A stretch of DNA of 59,765 nt, counting the filler, from Moniliella sp. 'wahieum' (Eukaryota): NCBI GenBank assembly GCA_003971905.1. It is 2 parts of 2 records of this genome, joined end to end, with 100 filler letters (N's around TTAATTAATTAA, not from the genome) between each part and the next. Parts side by side here need not be neighbours in the genome. Positions count along the whole stretch, not along the records: positions 1 to 29,876 come from RSEE01000179.1; 1 more part is not named here. One strand, written 5' to 3'. The notes under the pieces are model-generated. The model was given only the letters and a program-made list of their open reading frames with translations, did no database searches and was not told the origin of the DNA. Below, piece after piece: positions 12,701 to 24,640 of the stretch. Both the position numbers and the translations under genes were made by a program. Positions within the stretch are counted from its first letter, which is position 1. Each line of letters starts with the position of its first letter.

Positions 12701-13303
12701 GGAATGCGCCCTCTTGTCTCTCGCGTATACCCTTTCAGAGCTATTTCAGCAAGTCGTTGAGGCCCGGCGTTCAATCGTGCAAGAGTCGCAGCACCTAATA
12801 CAGACGGATTGTTTGCAGGAACGTGAACGGTTGGAAGGACAATCAGAGTCGCGTGAAAATGCGACTTTTGTTGAGCGCACCTCGCTATGCCACATGCCCG
12901 GAACAAGGGAGAATGTATCGGAATAATACTGGAGGTGGGGGCAGGAAAAAGTACTATAGTGGGTTCTTGTTGAGTGTTCGATCTGCCGTTGCCAGTCGAA
13001 GACATAAATGTTTACTGTGCGGCTGCGCTGCATAACATATCACACCATGAAGAAGATGTGTCGGAAGAGTTGATGGAAAGAAAGATCGAGTGGCTCCGTC
13101 CATGTTGAAAGGAAGGAAGGAGTGTCAGTCTCATTACGCCAACGGAAGGGTATATATAACGACAGGACATAGATCCCCTTTGACGAAAGGCAAGTCTCTG
13201 TGGTAACACCCATCTTCAGGTGTATTATATATCAACAAGGAGTGGCAGCCCTCTCATCACCAACCCCCGGAACCCAGGCGGATTGACAATTATGCAGTCA
13301 CAG

Positions 13304-14148
13304 TGTCACGGGCTGCGGACCCAAGATGGTCCGACCTAAGCTAAGGCCCGCCTGCTCCGCACATGCCAAGTAGAGCGTGCACCGCAGGCCAATCAAGTGT
13401 GATGACGGTTGGCTAAATTAAGTACCGTGGCCCGAAGGGTCATGCTCCGTGCGACAATAGTCGCCCCCCGCCCAAGTCCAAGTCGGCCGGCCTAAATAAG
13501 GCCACCGAGCTTCCAGTGCCGTGGCGACGACTGTCGCCCCGTCCCCGTTTCCTTTTCCTTTCTCGGTCGCGCCTGCGGCGACCAACCCCGCTTTTGACAT
13601 GTCTTCCTTTCTACACACCCCTCTTGTATCCGTTTCCCTTTTTGATCCTGCCTGTACCCCTGGTTGATGGGGATCTTTTCCCCCACCTTCCATTCTCGTC
13701 ATCTCTCGTCTCCACCTTCGTCCCTTTCCCGCCTATCCTGTCCGACTCCTGCCCGTTTCCAGCCAATTGATCCAGTACAGGCAGCTCCTCTTGTTAGCGT
13801 CCGACATCTCCTCCGACTTCGTCCTCCAGCCCATCGCAGTCCAATCGCGCGAGCCCTCCTTCGGTCGCGGCGATTCCCAGTCCCAGTTAAGGCAGTGTTT
13901 GTCCGCCGCTGCCTCCTCCCGTCCCTAAGTCCCGGAGGCTTCAGACACGTTACTACGGCCCAAGCCGGTGCAGACGCAGCCTTGCCACACGTGCAGCCGC
14001 CCCATCAAAGGCCTCTCCTCGTCCCTAGCTCCGCTCGGACACACCAACCAGCCTAAGCCCAAAACTACCGTGAGTCGACCTACCGTCGCCTAAGGGATTG
14101 TACCCCAAAAACCCCAGGGCGGGCCCCTGGCGGCGCCCGCCCATGACA
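13304..14148 (+). mobile_element. solo LTR (about 845 bp), copy 1 of a dispersed retrotransposon family
   Basis: Termini TGTCACGGGC...GCCCATGACA (TG...CA with 9/10 inverted repeat); internal and 3' sequence aligns by eye with 45673-46195 (reverse complement) and 53240-53870; no matching TSD seen. Confidence 0.8.
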
Positions 14149-16433
14149 GCGGGCGGCTATTCCAGACTAACCCTTTCGAAGCTGTGGTACATGGATCCAA
14201 AGCTCTGGAACAGCCAACGCTACTCTACAGTTAGAGCTGCCAAGAACAGGGTACAGATTTCCTCCTACGCAGCCATCTCGGAAGTATTTTAAGTTCAGCG
14301 ACTGTGATTTGATGCATGCTTTTGTGGGGTGTGGCCTGGTGTGGTTCATCGATCCTGATCAAAAGCTCTTCGTGGTGTGTGAGGTGTATATGAGGCTGCA
14401 ACACATACTCGCACAATAAGGTGGGACACGTGCCTACTAGACATCGTATCACATCCACTCTCTCCGCACCATATTTTCCGTACTGCAGAGAGAAGAACGA
14501 GAACCTGGTGCTGAACCCCCGAGGCCGACTCGAAGCCCCTCTGTTTCTCAGCGCCCTGCAGGATGGGACGTCCCTGGCGGAAGGGGCTGTAGGGGCAATC
14601 GTAGATCACATCATAGGGTGTATAGGGGCGGGGTTGGTGCAGTTTTTGCGGCACAACCTTATACGTAGGACAGCGATACGCTCGATCGTGAGGACCCGAG
14701 CAAGTGCGACATGCGACATGCGAACGCCCTCCAGAGGCCCTTCAGAGGCCCTCCAGAGGCCCTAGCCTGCCCCAGCCTGAGAGACTCGGGCGCTCACATG
14801 TCACAGACAGGCCTAGAGGGAGAGAATAGGATCCATTGCTTCATAATCAAGGGTAGCCGGTAGGGCGCCAAAATATAGAGTCAGCGCAGTCAACAGCACA
14901 TCACACAAAGGCGGTTAGACAAAAACAAACATAAAAACGCCACTGCAACCTATACTGTCGTAGGGTTGGATCGTACTATAGCTAATCATTAACGTTTAAT
15001 CCAGTACACTGATGCGCCTCTCGTTGCAACATCTGTTGGCGCCGTAAGGGCAAGTAGGGCGGGTTCCGACCGGCTACGATGACTCTCTTCTGCGGTATGG
15101 GCGCACAGCTTAGATGCCCAGAAGCTCAGATGAGAATGTCGTACCGCGCAGCTATTACTACCGCGCGGCGACGCACCCTGCACGGCGTGCGTGGCGTGTT
15201 GGCTGTTTTTCCCGCTGGGGGGCGGGGCGCCAGGCGCCCCGCGCGCCCCTGCCCCACAACCAGCCTCCACCGTGGGGGCATCGAGGGTGCTGCGACAGGG
15301 AAAGGCAACCGTAAAGCTTACCGTCCGAAGCTCAGGCTGAGACGCTGAGAGGCCTGAGGCCCTGAGGTCTGATGCAGCTGATGCGGGTGGGCGGCATCTG
15401 AAGCTCTGTGGGGCGCGCTGAGGGAGAAGGGCACAGAGCACAGATCTGGGCTGATCGAAGGGATCTAGATCTCATGCGATGAGACACTGGTCTAACCAGT
15501 ACGATCGGGTTGATCATTGGGCTCTTGAAGTGAAAAAAGTTGATCCTTTTACTGGCTTCTGTAGCACGTGACATGTGTGGTGTGTGACACCCATGATGCA
15601 TGATGCATCATCCACATCGACATCATCTGCATCATCAACATCATCTGCATAATATCATCAACATCATCTGCATCGTCGACATGTACCGTATCATACGCGG
15701 CACAGAGTGACTCAGGACTCAGTTACTCAGCATACTCCATTACCCAGGACCCAGCACCTCAATACCGGGCCTGCGCCCACATGTCTGGCGTGACGCGCAG
15801 TCCAGTGCTGTGTTAGACGGATCAGAGAGTGCCCGTTTTTTGCTGGTCTCAATCATCGAAATCAACATCCCTACCATTAACAAGGCAATCAAAGCGGTGG
15901 CTTATTCCACCCACATCATCTCCGCGCGCCATTTATACACGCCGTGCCCCACGCCCACCATTACTTCCCATAAGAACACGCCTCCGAGCCCCATATTGTT
16001 TCCTTAGTTTGTCCATATGAAGCTGAAGCAGAGGACGTGATGCATGTAATGGATTTCCGAGTGCGCTGTTGGGAGGTGTTGCATAGTCCAAAAAGAAAGG
16101 GAAACAATGAGGGGCCGTCTGGATGTGTGTGTGTATATAGAGGAAGGTTACCGTCAAAATACCCGTAATACTAGCATTGTGAGGCTTGGACCCATGCTTC
16201 TACCGTCGCTTCAACATGTCATCATGTTATCCTCCTACCAACAGCTGCTTTCTCAAATGGTTTCCCCACCAGAGGGCGGCCTTTTGCAGCCCCAAAGGTG
16301 GATCTGGCAAAAGTGTACGACAGCTACAACCTACCCACGCCACGTGTATAACGCACAAAGATGCCAGAACAAAACATGGGGGCAAGCAAGCAAACATTCC
16401 ATAAGAGGGGGCGCATGGAGCATACCCCGGTCG

Positions 16434-19400
16434 TTAAGCCAAAGCAGGGAGCGTAGCAGTCGTAAGTGGTGCGTGGGATTTGGGGAACCAAGACAGTTGG
16501 TCCGAGGGGGAATGTGTGACGCAGGGGCCAAGGGGTGGGGTGGATACTTCCTGGCCATCCCACACGTCCAACACAGACGAGCAGGAAGAATCTTCGTCGA
16601 GCATGTCGCCTTCAGCGGGGACAGCGTCGCACCCCAGTGCGTCGTGTGTCGAGCCAGGCGCAGCCGACCAGAGGTAACACAAGTGAGTGAGAATGTCGAT
16701 GGCCGTATCGCGGACGGGGAGGAATGTGGGTAGGGTGGGCGAGGTGGGCGTGCGCGCCAATACGCGCCGCAGCTCCAGTGCCGGGAGGAGGAGGTGAGGT
16801 GCAGATTGATGCGGGGGGAAGAGGACGTCATCAGCGCGTCCGCGGGTAGTCGCGAGCTCGGTGGCAAGACGACGCAAGAACCACCCCAGCCCAATGTGGC
16901 ACAGATCAGGGAGAACGTCCCCGTTGCATCGTCCGAGTGAGCAGCTTCGTCCAAGGGAACACCATGGGACTCAAGTAAGATTCCTTCTGCCTCTTGTCCC
17001 GCTGCGTCGCCCAAGACCAGTCGGACGCACGCCACTACCGCCGCTGCGGCCAAGGGGCCAAAGGCGTGGAACACATCGAGATGCGAAATCAGGTCGAGCG
17101 TCTCCTCTTGTGCCACAGCCACGCGGTCGGCAGAAGCGAAAAAGTTCCAAGTGATCCGGGTGAGGCGGGCTGCAAAGTGGGCTGGTGTTCCCGGGGCACA
17201 GGTCTCGTTCGTCTCGGCTACCAAGTCTTCCATCTCTTCTCCGCCCGCCTCATCTTGGAGCACAGACAGACGCAGCGGGCGCAGAAACGCACCCAAATCC
17301 GTCTGCTCGGCCGCGTCAAGGTCGGGGCGTGGCACCCACCATCGTTCCGTACTCGGCCAAGAAGGCCAAGAGCGACACACCACCCTCTGTGTCCCACCCA
17401 TCCTCGCCTTCCTCCGACAGCGTATCCACCTCGTGCAATCCGCTTCCTGCCCACTCGGTCCGCCACGCCAAGGTCCGAGGTGCGGTAGCGTGCACCAGCG
17501 AGGTGAACAACAGCATCCAGCCACGGCCCAGCTCAGCCATGTGCATCCGACTGGAGAGGACCAAGAGGGGGGTAGACAGGTACGCGTTCCCCCCCGCTGT
17601 GGAGCAGGCGGCGGCAGCGGCCAAGGTCGTGCGTGGGGGCAACATCGCAAGTGCCGCGTCAAGGTCGAGGGCGAGAACGGGTTGGAGCCAGAGCGGGAGG
17701 GAAGAGGAGGTATGGGACGAAGAGGCAGTTTCGCGTTCCATCTGCTCTCTCACCGTTTTCCACTGCCACGACGCGACCCGACGGAGCAAGCGACCAAACG
17801 TGTGTTCCGTCTTGGCCATCCGACCCAGCGCAAGGGCAGCGGTAGCGTCAATGCGCAGGTTGCCTACATTGTTGTGAGCGAGGCGGTGCAGACGGATCGA
17901 CGCAAGGTAGAGAGGAGCGTGTGGGCTCGCAAACTCGGTGCTGGCTCGGCAAAGGGACCGAGGGACGTCTCCAATTCCAACAGACGAAACCATGCGTGGG
18001 CAGGCTGGTTAAACTCCGTGCCATTGCTTGTCTCGTCATCTTCGTTGTCCTCACTGTCGGCATCGTCCGAGGGGGCGGTAGCCAAAGCAGGGAAAACGGC
18101 GGCCAGCCAACGGTCCGGAAGAAGCAAGAGGAGAAGCTCGTACGCAATGCCTCCCATCGCCACCCAACCAGAACGTGGTGCGTTCAAGTACACCCGGAAA
18201 GCAGCGTCCGTGTCGACGGGAGCAGCGCGCGGCGTGGACAGTTGGGCCATGAGGCGAGCTCGGGCACGGATCTCAGCTTGGACGGGAGACGAAGTGGGCT
18301 TGGCAGGACTTGCGAACCGGGGCAAAACGCGCGTCCACAGCGGGGCCAACAGGACGAGCAAGCATGCGATACCGAGCCAGAACCGTAGAGAGGAAATAAT
18401 GGTCTGCACGGTGGACCCGATGGGATCGTTCAGATTCTGAATCGATCCCTTGGCGGAAGTTTGTTGGTCCACCCATGTAACTCCCAAGAAAGCAGCCATC
18501 ATATACACCCCACCCGATACGGCCGGGTTGGGCGAGCCAGACGTGCCAGAGCCAGCTTCATACCCGTGCGGAGAGGAGGTGTCGCTCATCGTGTCCTCAT
18601 CCATGCTTTCGCGAAGAGGGTTCAGGTCTTGGGTTCCGTCGGCGCTGACATAGGCGCTCAAGCTATCACTCTTGTTGGTCTGGGGGGTAATAGCCGCCTT
18701 CTCAGCTTGCCGTTCACGCTTGATGCACTCCATCTCCTTGAGCCACGCGTCGAGCAACTCCTCACCTCCACAGAAGGAGCGGAGGAGTTCTTTGAATCCT
18801 TCAATTTCCATCATCAGGTCCGACTCGCGACGCTTGAGATAGTAAATGTACTCGGTGGATTTGGCAAGGATGGCCTTGTTGAGCTTGGTTGCCAAGCTGA
18901 TCCCATCCACCACCTGCTCAGGCTTCTTGGACCGACTACTGCGTTTCTTCGTCCGCCTTCCTCTTCCTCGGTCGGACGAAAGTCACGCAGGGCCGGCACG
19001 GCGTTACGCAGAACGGCAATACGGTCGTTGATGTTGTTGCGGTACCTGCGCTCGATCGCATTGTGAGGTTCCTTGGACCGTGTCCCATCCATGTCAATAT
19101 CGTCCATATCCATCGACCGTTTGCGGTTCCGGCCGTTGGACCTCTTCCGTTCTTCCTCCCGTGCCTGTTCCACTTTCGAGCCGGGCGCGGGTAAAGGATG
19201 CTGGGCCCAACGAGCTTCCCGCTCGGCGGTGATCTGTTGGACTTGCTTGAGAGCGGATTGGATCCCATCAAAGCCTAACAAGGAAGAAAAAGGGAGACAA
19301 GGTTAGTCACAGAAGGAACAGCAAGAAGGGAAGCAAAAAGCCACTTGAACACGTACTTTCCGGTTCGAGGACACCCCACTCGGTAGGCTTGCTCTCCTTT

Positions 19401-20566
19401 TCGTTGGAAGCCGTGCCGGAAGCGGAAGTGACACGGAGTTTGTGTGCCAGACTGGTCTCGGACATGATCTTCTTATTGAAAGGAATGGTGGCATCCGCCA
19501 TGCCCGTGGGCACGACCCCAGGTGCGGCAAAAGGGGCAAGAAGCGAAGGAGGCATTTCCTGCGTATCTGTGCCGGCCCGTTGCCGATTGAGCCGGTTCTT
19601 GACAGCCGTCGCAAATACGCCCCCGGCCGCCTGCTGGGTTGCTGAACTACCATGGCTGACGGTGTGGGAACGGCCGGTGCGCACACGCGCGGAACGGACG
19701 CCACTCATATCGGAGGCAGCGGGGCTGTAGCCAAAGGGGCTGGAAGTGGCGGAGGGGTTGTGGGGGACGCCGCCCATCTGGAGAAGATGGGTGAGTTGGG
19801 GGTGGGAAAGCGTGGTGGGATCGGTGCTGAGAGCAGGCATCGGGGAGACAAAGGGATGCTCGGTAGTAGTGGAGGAAGAGACGTCGCCCCAGGTGGGCGT
19901 GAAACTAGGAGTAGAACCCCCAGAGACAACAGTAGAGGTGGGCTTGCCAGTTTGTTGATACTGTTGGTACATCATGGCCTGAAGCCAGGCGGCCGCGGCG
20001 GGCCCACCAGGCAGAGGGTTGGGGTAGGGCGAAGCAGTGCGGTCTTCCTGCATCTGCAGCGCAGTCTGGACAGCGGAGAAGTTGTTGAGGGGAGAAGGGA
20101 CAGCGAGATGGGGGTCGGCCGGGCGGTCGCCCGCGCTGGAGGAGGCAGGAGACGTGTCCTTGGGCATGTAGATCGACTGCTGGGCAGCGTAATTGGGATT
20201 CGATGGCGACGACTCGGACGGGCCGTCGGCAGAAGAGCGGCTGGGCTGAGTGTCCATGCTGGTCGCCTGGTGGTAGGCGGGTTGGGAGAAGTGGGGCTGG
20301 TGAGGGAGAGAAAAGAGGTTCTGTTGGTCGTGGTAGGCCTGCGGCTGCGGCTGCGCACCGTTCCAAGGTGGTTGGGCATTGTGCACGCCGGAACCCATAG
20401 AGAGGAGGTACATGGCCATGGCCTGGTCCATGTCACCGTTGGGGGGCGGGTGGTTCGGGTCGCGGGGCGCGCCGAGGGATGGGAGGGAGGAGGCCGGCCG
20501 TGGGGCCGAGTTGGCGCGGGCCCGGCCGCGCTGCGCAGCGTCGGAGGCAGCGGCAGCAGAGTGCAT
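16434..20566 (-). CDS. SRE1: SREBP-type membrane-bound bHLH transcription factor (intron 19275-19356; frameshifted)
   Basis: bHLH basic region HNAIERRYRNNINDRIAVLRNAVPAL with the SREBP-diagnostic Tyr; helix 2 KLNKAILAKSTEYIYYLKRRE; two hydrophobic segments (VYMMAAFLGVTWV; FWLGIACLLVLLAPLW); long C-terminal region. Start at 20566 or 20431. Confidence 0.88.
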
Positions 20567-21473
20567 GGGGAGGATGGCGGTGGCGGCGGCGACGGTGGCG
20601 ACGGTGGTGGTCGAGACGCGAGAGATGGGACGAGGCGAGGCAGCTATGAGCACGCGGGCGCCAGCTTGGAGCACACGGTGGAGGAGGATGCGCCAAGGGC
20701 GGCAGTTGGCACGAGTGGCGCGGATGCTGTCGCCGCAACACTCGGCCCGTGCCCACGAGCGCGCTCCCACAGGCTATTTCAGCAGCAATCGCACCGCCCA
20801 GCCTCTCGGATCTCATCGGCTCTCAGCGCCAAGCAGCCAAGCGTCGCTGGCGCAGCTGCCTCGCCCCGGCGTCTGCTCGCTCAGGCTCAGCGCCCACACC
20901 GAGCTAGCTCGCCCCCAAACCGTTCCATGCTTCGCTGGGCACTCCCCCCGTTTGACGCCGCTCGGCCCAAGTGGTCTTACTTTTTATAACTGCCGTTTGG
21001 CGGGCAACATGTAAGCCAGGTGATAGACTCACCCCATTGCCCCCCCGAGAGCCACACGCCTCGGGCATCGGGCCCGCACGCCTCCGGCCGCCTCACGCGA
21101 CGCCCATCCCCTGTCTCCCATCCCACTGCCCCTGCTCTCGCCCTTCCCGCCCTTGTGCGGAATGAGCCAGAATGGGCCCATCGCTTTCGTGAAATGCACA
21201 CCCTGACTAGCCGCGAGCACGATCGCAAGCACAGCGTTTGGGCATTCCATTCCATGTTGTGACTCCCGCCATGGCAGCATTGGCGGCGTCAATGTGTCCT
21301 GAGAGGAACGAAGGCACTGTGGACGCCAACAGGGAGCACGCTGGGGGCCGAGAGACCGGGTATCGTATCTATTGGAAGGGTCGAGGTGCAAGCAAATTGA
21401 TCGATGATCTCACTGTTGCCACATCTGCTCTGGTTCCATTTCAAGTATTCCAAACAACGCTGGGTATTCAACA

Positions 21474-21559
21474 TCTCCGATAGTTTAGTGGCTATGACAC
21501 GTCCCTGTCATGTTCTTGGACGTTCGGACGAGACCCGGGTTCGATTCCCGGTCGGAGAG
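21474..21559 (+). tRNA. tRNA-Asp(GTC) with 14-nt intron (21511-21524)
   Basis: Acceptor TCTCCGA/TCGGAGA; anticodon stem CGTCC/GGACG with loop CT-GTC-A; T arm CCGGG-TTCGATT-CCCGG; discriminator G; poly-T follows. Confidence 0.95.
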
Positions 21560-21567
21560 TTTTTTTT
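21560..21567 (+). terminator. RNA polymerase III terminator (T8)
   Basis: T run directly after tRNA-Asp. Confidence 0.85.
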
Positions 21568-23810
21568 GTTTCGCTTCCAGTCGCCACGCCACTTCTTGTG
21601 GTTGGACAACTCCCGTCTGCTGTCCATCGCAAGTATAATCATCGATCATCATCGCATCGGTCTTGGGACGTCGAAGTAGTACGCCCCATTCCATTGCAGC
21701 CCATAACCTTCCCCCACCCCCCACGCCCAACCTACCCCAAACCTCAGGCCTCAGCGGCTTCAGCGGCCTCCGCGGCCTCAGCTTTTCTCAGCCGCTCGTA
21801 ATCGACCGCGCAGTCGTCCCACCTTAACAGCTAACCCACAAAGCTCGCCAGCCACCAGTCGACGCAATAGGTTCATCTGACCTGCGTTGGTCCAAGCGGC
21901 TGTAAAATCGATCTAAAGTTTGATGTCACTGATTGCTGTTTCGGTGCGGAGTTTGTAGCCTAAAGCCCACACGAAGAAAGCCTCGAGTCACATGTCACAG
22001 GCTGCCACGGGTTGGTCGGTCAGTCACAGCGGCCCCGGACGTGCCAGGACGAAGGTCGTGTACCCCAAGCCAAGGTGCCCTGGTACACGGTAAACCTGGC
22101 CTGCCTCGGCCCGGTCCCCTCAACGCCTCAACGCCTCAACGTTCAACAGCACACATGATCTTATCACGCCCACCTTATGGTGGTCTGGGTCAAACGGAGT
22201 ACCCCAGAGTACCTCTTAGCTCTCCCCCGCTTTGGCTATGGTCAGTACACAACAACTCCCAGCCCAAAGTATTCACCACCCGCACTGGCCACAGCCTCGC
22301 CCACCTCACCCCACCGAGCCAAGCACTCTGGCCCACGTGTATGAACGAGGAAGCCAAGCGAATAAGAACGATGAACTCCACCCTTCTTTTTCTTGAGGCT
22401 TGAGACGAGGCCGAGCGATGGTGTCCGAGAGGCCATCCCGAACACGTCCGAGCCCGTCCGAACAAGCCCGACCCCAACACGAGCTGGTCCCTCGTCCTTG
22501 GCATCCTGTTTGAGGCGGGGAGGCAATGCTGGCCCGAGGCCGAGCCGGCGAGTGGGATGGTGCACGTCGCCAATGGGTACCGGTTAGCGCAGATGAGCGA
22601 GGGCGTGAGCTGGTCCAGTTCGAAAGAGGCAGCTGCTGCAGGAGGCGGAGAGGAGTGAGGCTGCGTATGTAATCCATGCGGTTGCCGGTTAGGGTTACTG
22701 ATACTGGCGGTCCTTACCGAGGTTACTGCATGGGTGATCGATGGGCCCGTGACGCGTGAGGCCCCTGAGGCTGACCTGAGGCTGAGGCTGAGGCGCTGAG
22801 GCTGATCCAAGCATCATGCACCAACGTCATCAACACTCAAATATGCAACGTTCAGGTTACGCACTTCTCGGGGCCTTCGCGAGCTCCAAAGTTCGCGAGC
22901 GGGGCCCTAAGGGGCTGCGGCCGAAAATGGAGGCTGAAGCTGGAAGGTGGGCCGGATAGGACAGGACTAGGGCCGACTGACCGATGGACGACCACTTTAG
23001 TCCGCCTCTTGTTTCACAGTGCACCATGGGCCTCCGTGCGCAGAGTGCTGCTCTGCCCTGGTAAGGTTGGAGCTCGACGGCCGAGGGGCCGAGCGACTAG
23101 TGAAGTAACCCTGACGCTAGAGACTAGACTAGTGCCCAGGGGCCGAGTCAAGTAGGACGCGTGACGCATGCGGAGGAAGACCAAGTGGCTGCTGCACAGC
23201 TCTCTGCGCCGCGTGCATCTCGGCAACAGCATCTGGTGTGGCGTGGGTTGCGTCTGCGGGGCGCCGTTGGGCCAGGGCTGCGCGCCTTATTGCTCCGGCC
23301 GATTTGAGGGTTTTTCACGGCTTTCGGCAGTGGCGGTGTGGCGTCGCAGAGCAGCTCAGCGTTGTTCTGATCCTACGCCAGTGATGTCCATGATGCACCA
23401 CTAGCCACGCTCTTGCTTATTCCACTGTACGCCTTACGCCTTAAACGGATCGTATGACAGCCCCTCCCCCCGTTGCCCGAACTCCGAGATCGAACGGCGG
23501 AGGCCCAGCGCCTCGGCCTGCCTCAGCGCGGAGCTTGTGGGCCTTGGACAGAGTATTGATCCTAGTTAGACGGCAAACACGGCCTTGCGCCTTTTGTTTC
23601 TGCTGCGGACTATACTCACCATGCTCTGCTGACACTGCGCCGCCGAAAGGGCTGGTCCCCTTCCCATCTCCCTCTTTTGCGTCTCACGGCCCTGGCTCGT
23701 ACTGCGCTTGCACCATATACCCCACCCACCGCCCCTCTGCCAGCCTTCTTCTCTGCCCCACCACCATCTCCTTCTCCTTCTTCTCCCCCGCTCTCCCCTT
23801 CTCCTTCGCC

Positions 23811-24640
23811 ATGCTCTCCCGCACGTTCCTCGCCGTCTCGGCCCTGCTTGCTACCGCCGTGGCCGCTGCCCCCGCCAACCCCCTCGCCGCTCGCAGCCAA
23901 GTCCAAACCCTCGTCATTGGCCATCCTGGCCAACTCAACTACACCGACCACTCCAACCAGGTCAGCCTTCCCCTCTCTTTCACCAGCACAGACGTCGGTA
24001 CCAAGGCTGTCGTTTCCACCAGCGTACGTCCCCTTCCATTCCCTCTTCTCTCTTCTCTCTCTCCTCTCTCCTCTCCTCTCCTCTTCTCTCCTCTCCTCTC
24101 CTCTTCTCTCCTCTCCTCTCCTCTTCTCTCCTCTCCTCTCCTCCCTCTCCTCTCTCCATCTGTTATGACGCCCCCCTCCACAATCCACCTACCTGTTGCT
24201 GTGCGCTCACCCCCATTGTACGTCGCTGCCGTTCCACAGAACCCGTCCAACTTCACCTTTGTCTCCGTTGGCTCCAAGTACCCTCGGCACGCACACTGTC
24301 AACCCCGACGAAGGCGGAACCTACTCGGGCATCTTCCCCTCCAAGCCGACGAAAGCAAGTGCCTCGCCGTGCCGTATCTGCCTAACCTCAATTCGACTGG
24401 GGCTACCGTCGCGCTCCAACTGTCGGCTTGCACGTACGAGGACTCGGCGGTCCAGAGGAACCAGACGTTCGAGGCTGAGGAGAACTCGATTAGTTTCTCT
24501 CCGCCGGCGAACAGGGCGATGTGAGCACGAACGGGTACTTCCCCGTCCTGTCGGGCGAGTCGGTCCTGCTCAAGGTGGCTAGTTACAGCGCTAGCACAGG
24601 TTTCTGGTCTGGGAGCGATATCCAGCCTGTTTCGTCATGA
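23811..24640 (+). CDS. small secreted protein, possibly ricin-B/beta-trefoil-like (intron 24024-24239; frameshifted)
   Basis: Signal peptide MLSRTFLAVSALLATAVAA followed by APANPLAAR propeptide; several N-glycosylation sequons; SKCLAV...LQLSAC...QRNQTF pattern reminiscent of ricin-B repeats; GTACGT...CAG intron. Confidence 0.7.
24043..24155. repeat. (CTCCT/CTCTT)n pyrimidine repeat inside the intron
   Basis: Direct reading; pure C/T tract of about 110 bp. Confidence 0.9.

Noticed and set aside
12500..14765. ORF fragments flanking LTR copy 1 as gag-pol remnants
   Set aside because: No recognisable protease, RT, RNase H or integrase motifs, and no clear PBS or PPT.
17151..20989. Long plus-strand ORFs (429 aa, 445 aa) and similar antisense ORFs such as 26353-27471
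   Set aside because: Shadow ORFs on the strand opposite GC-rich real genes (SREBP, EMG1); no independent motifs.
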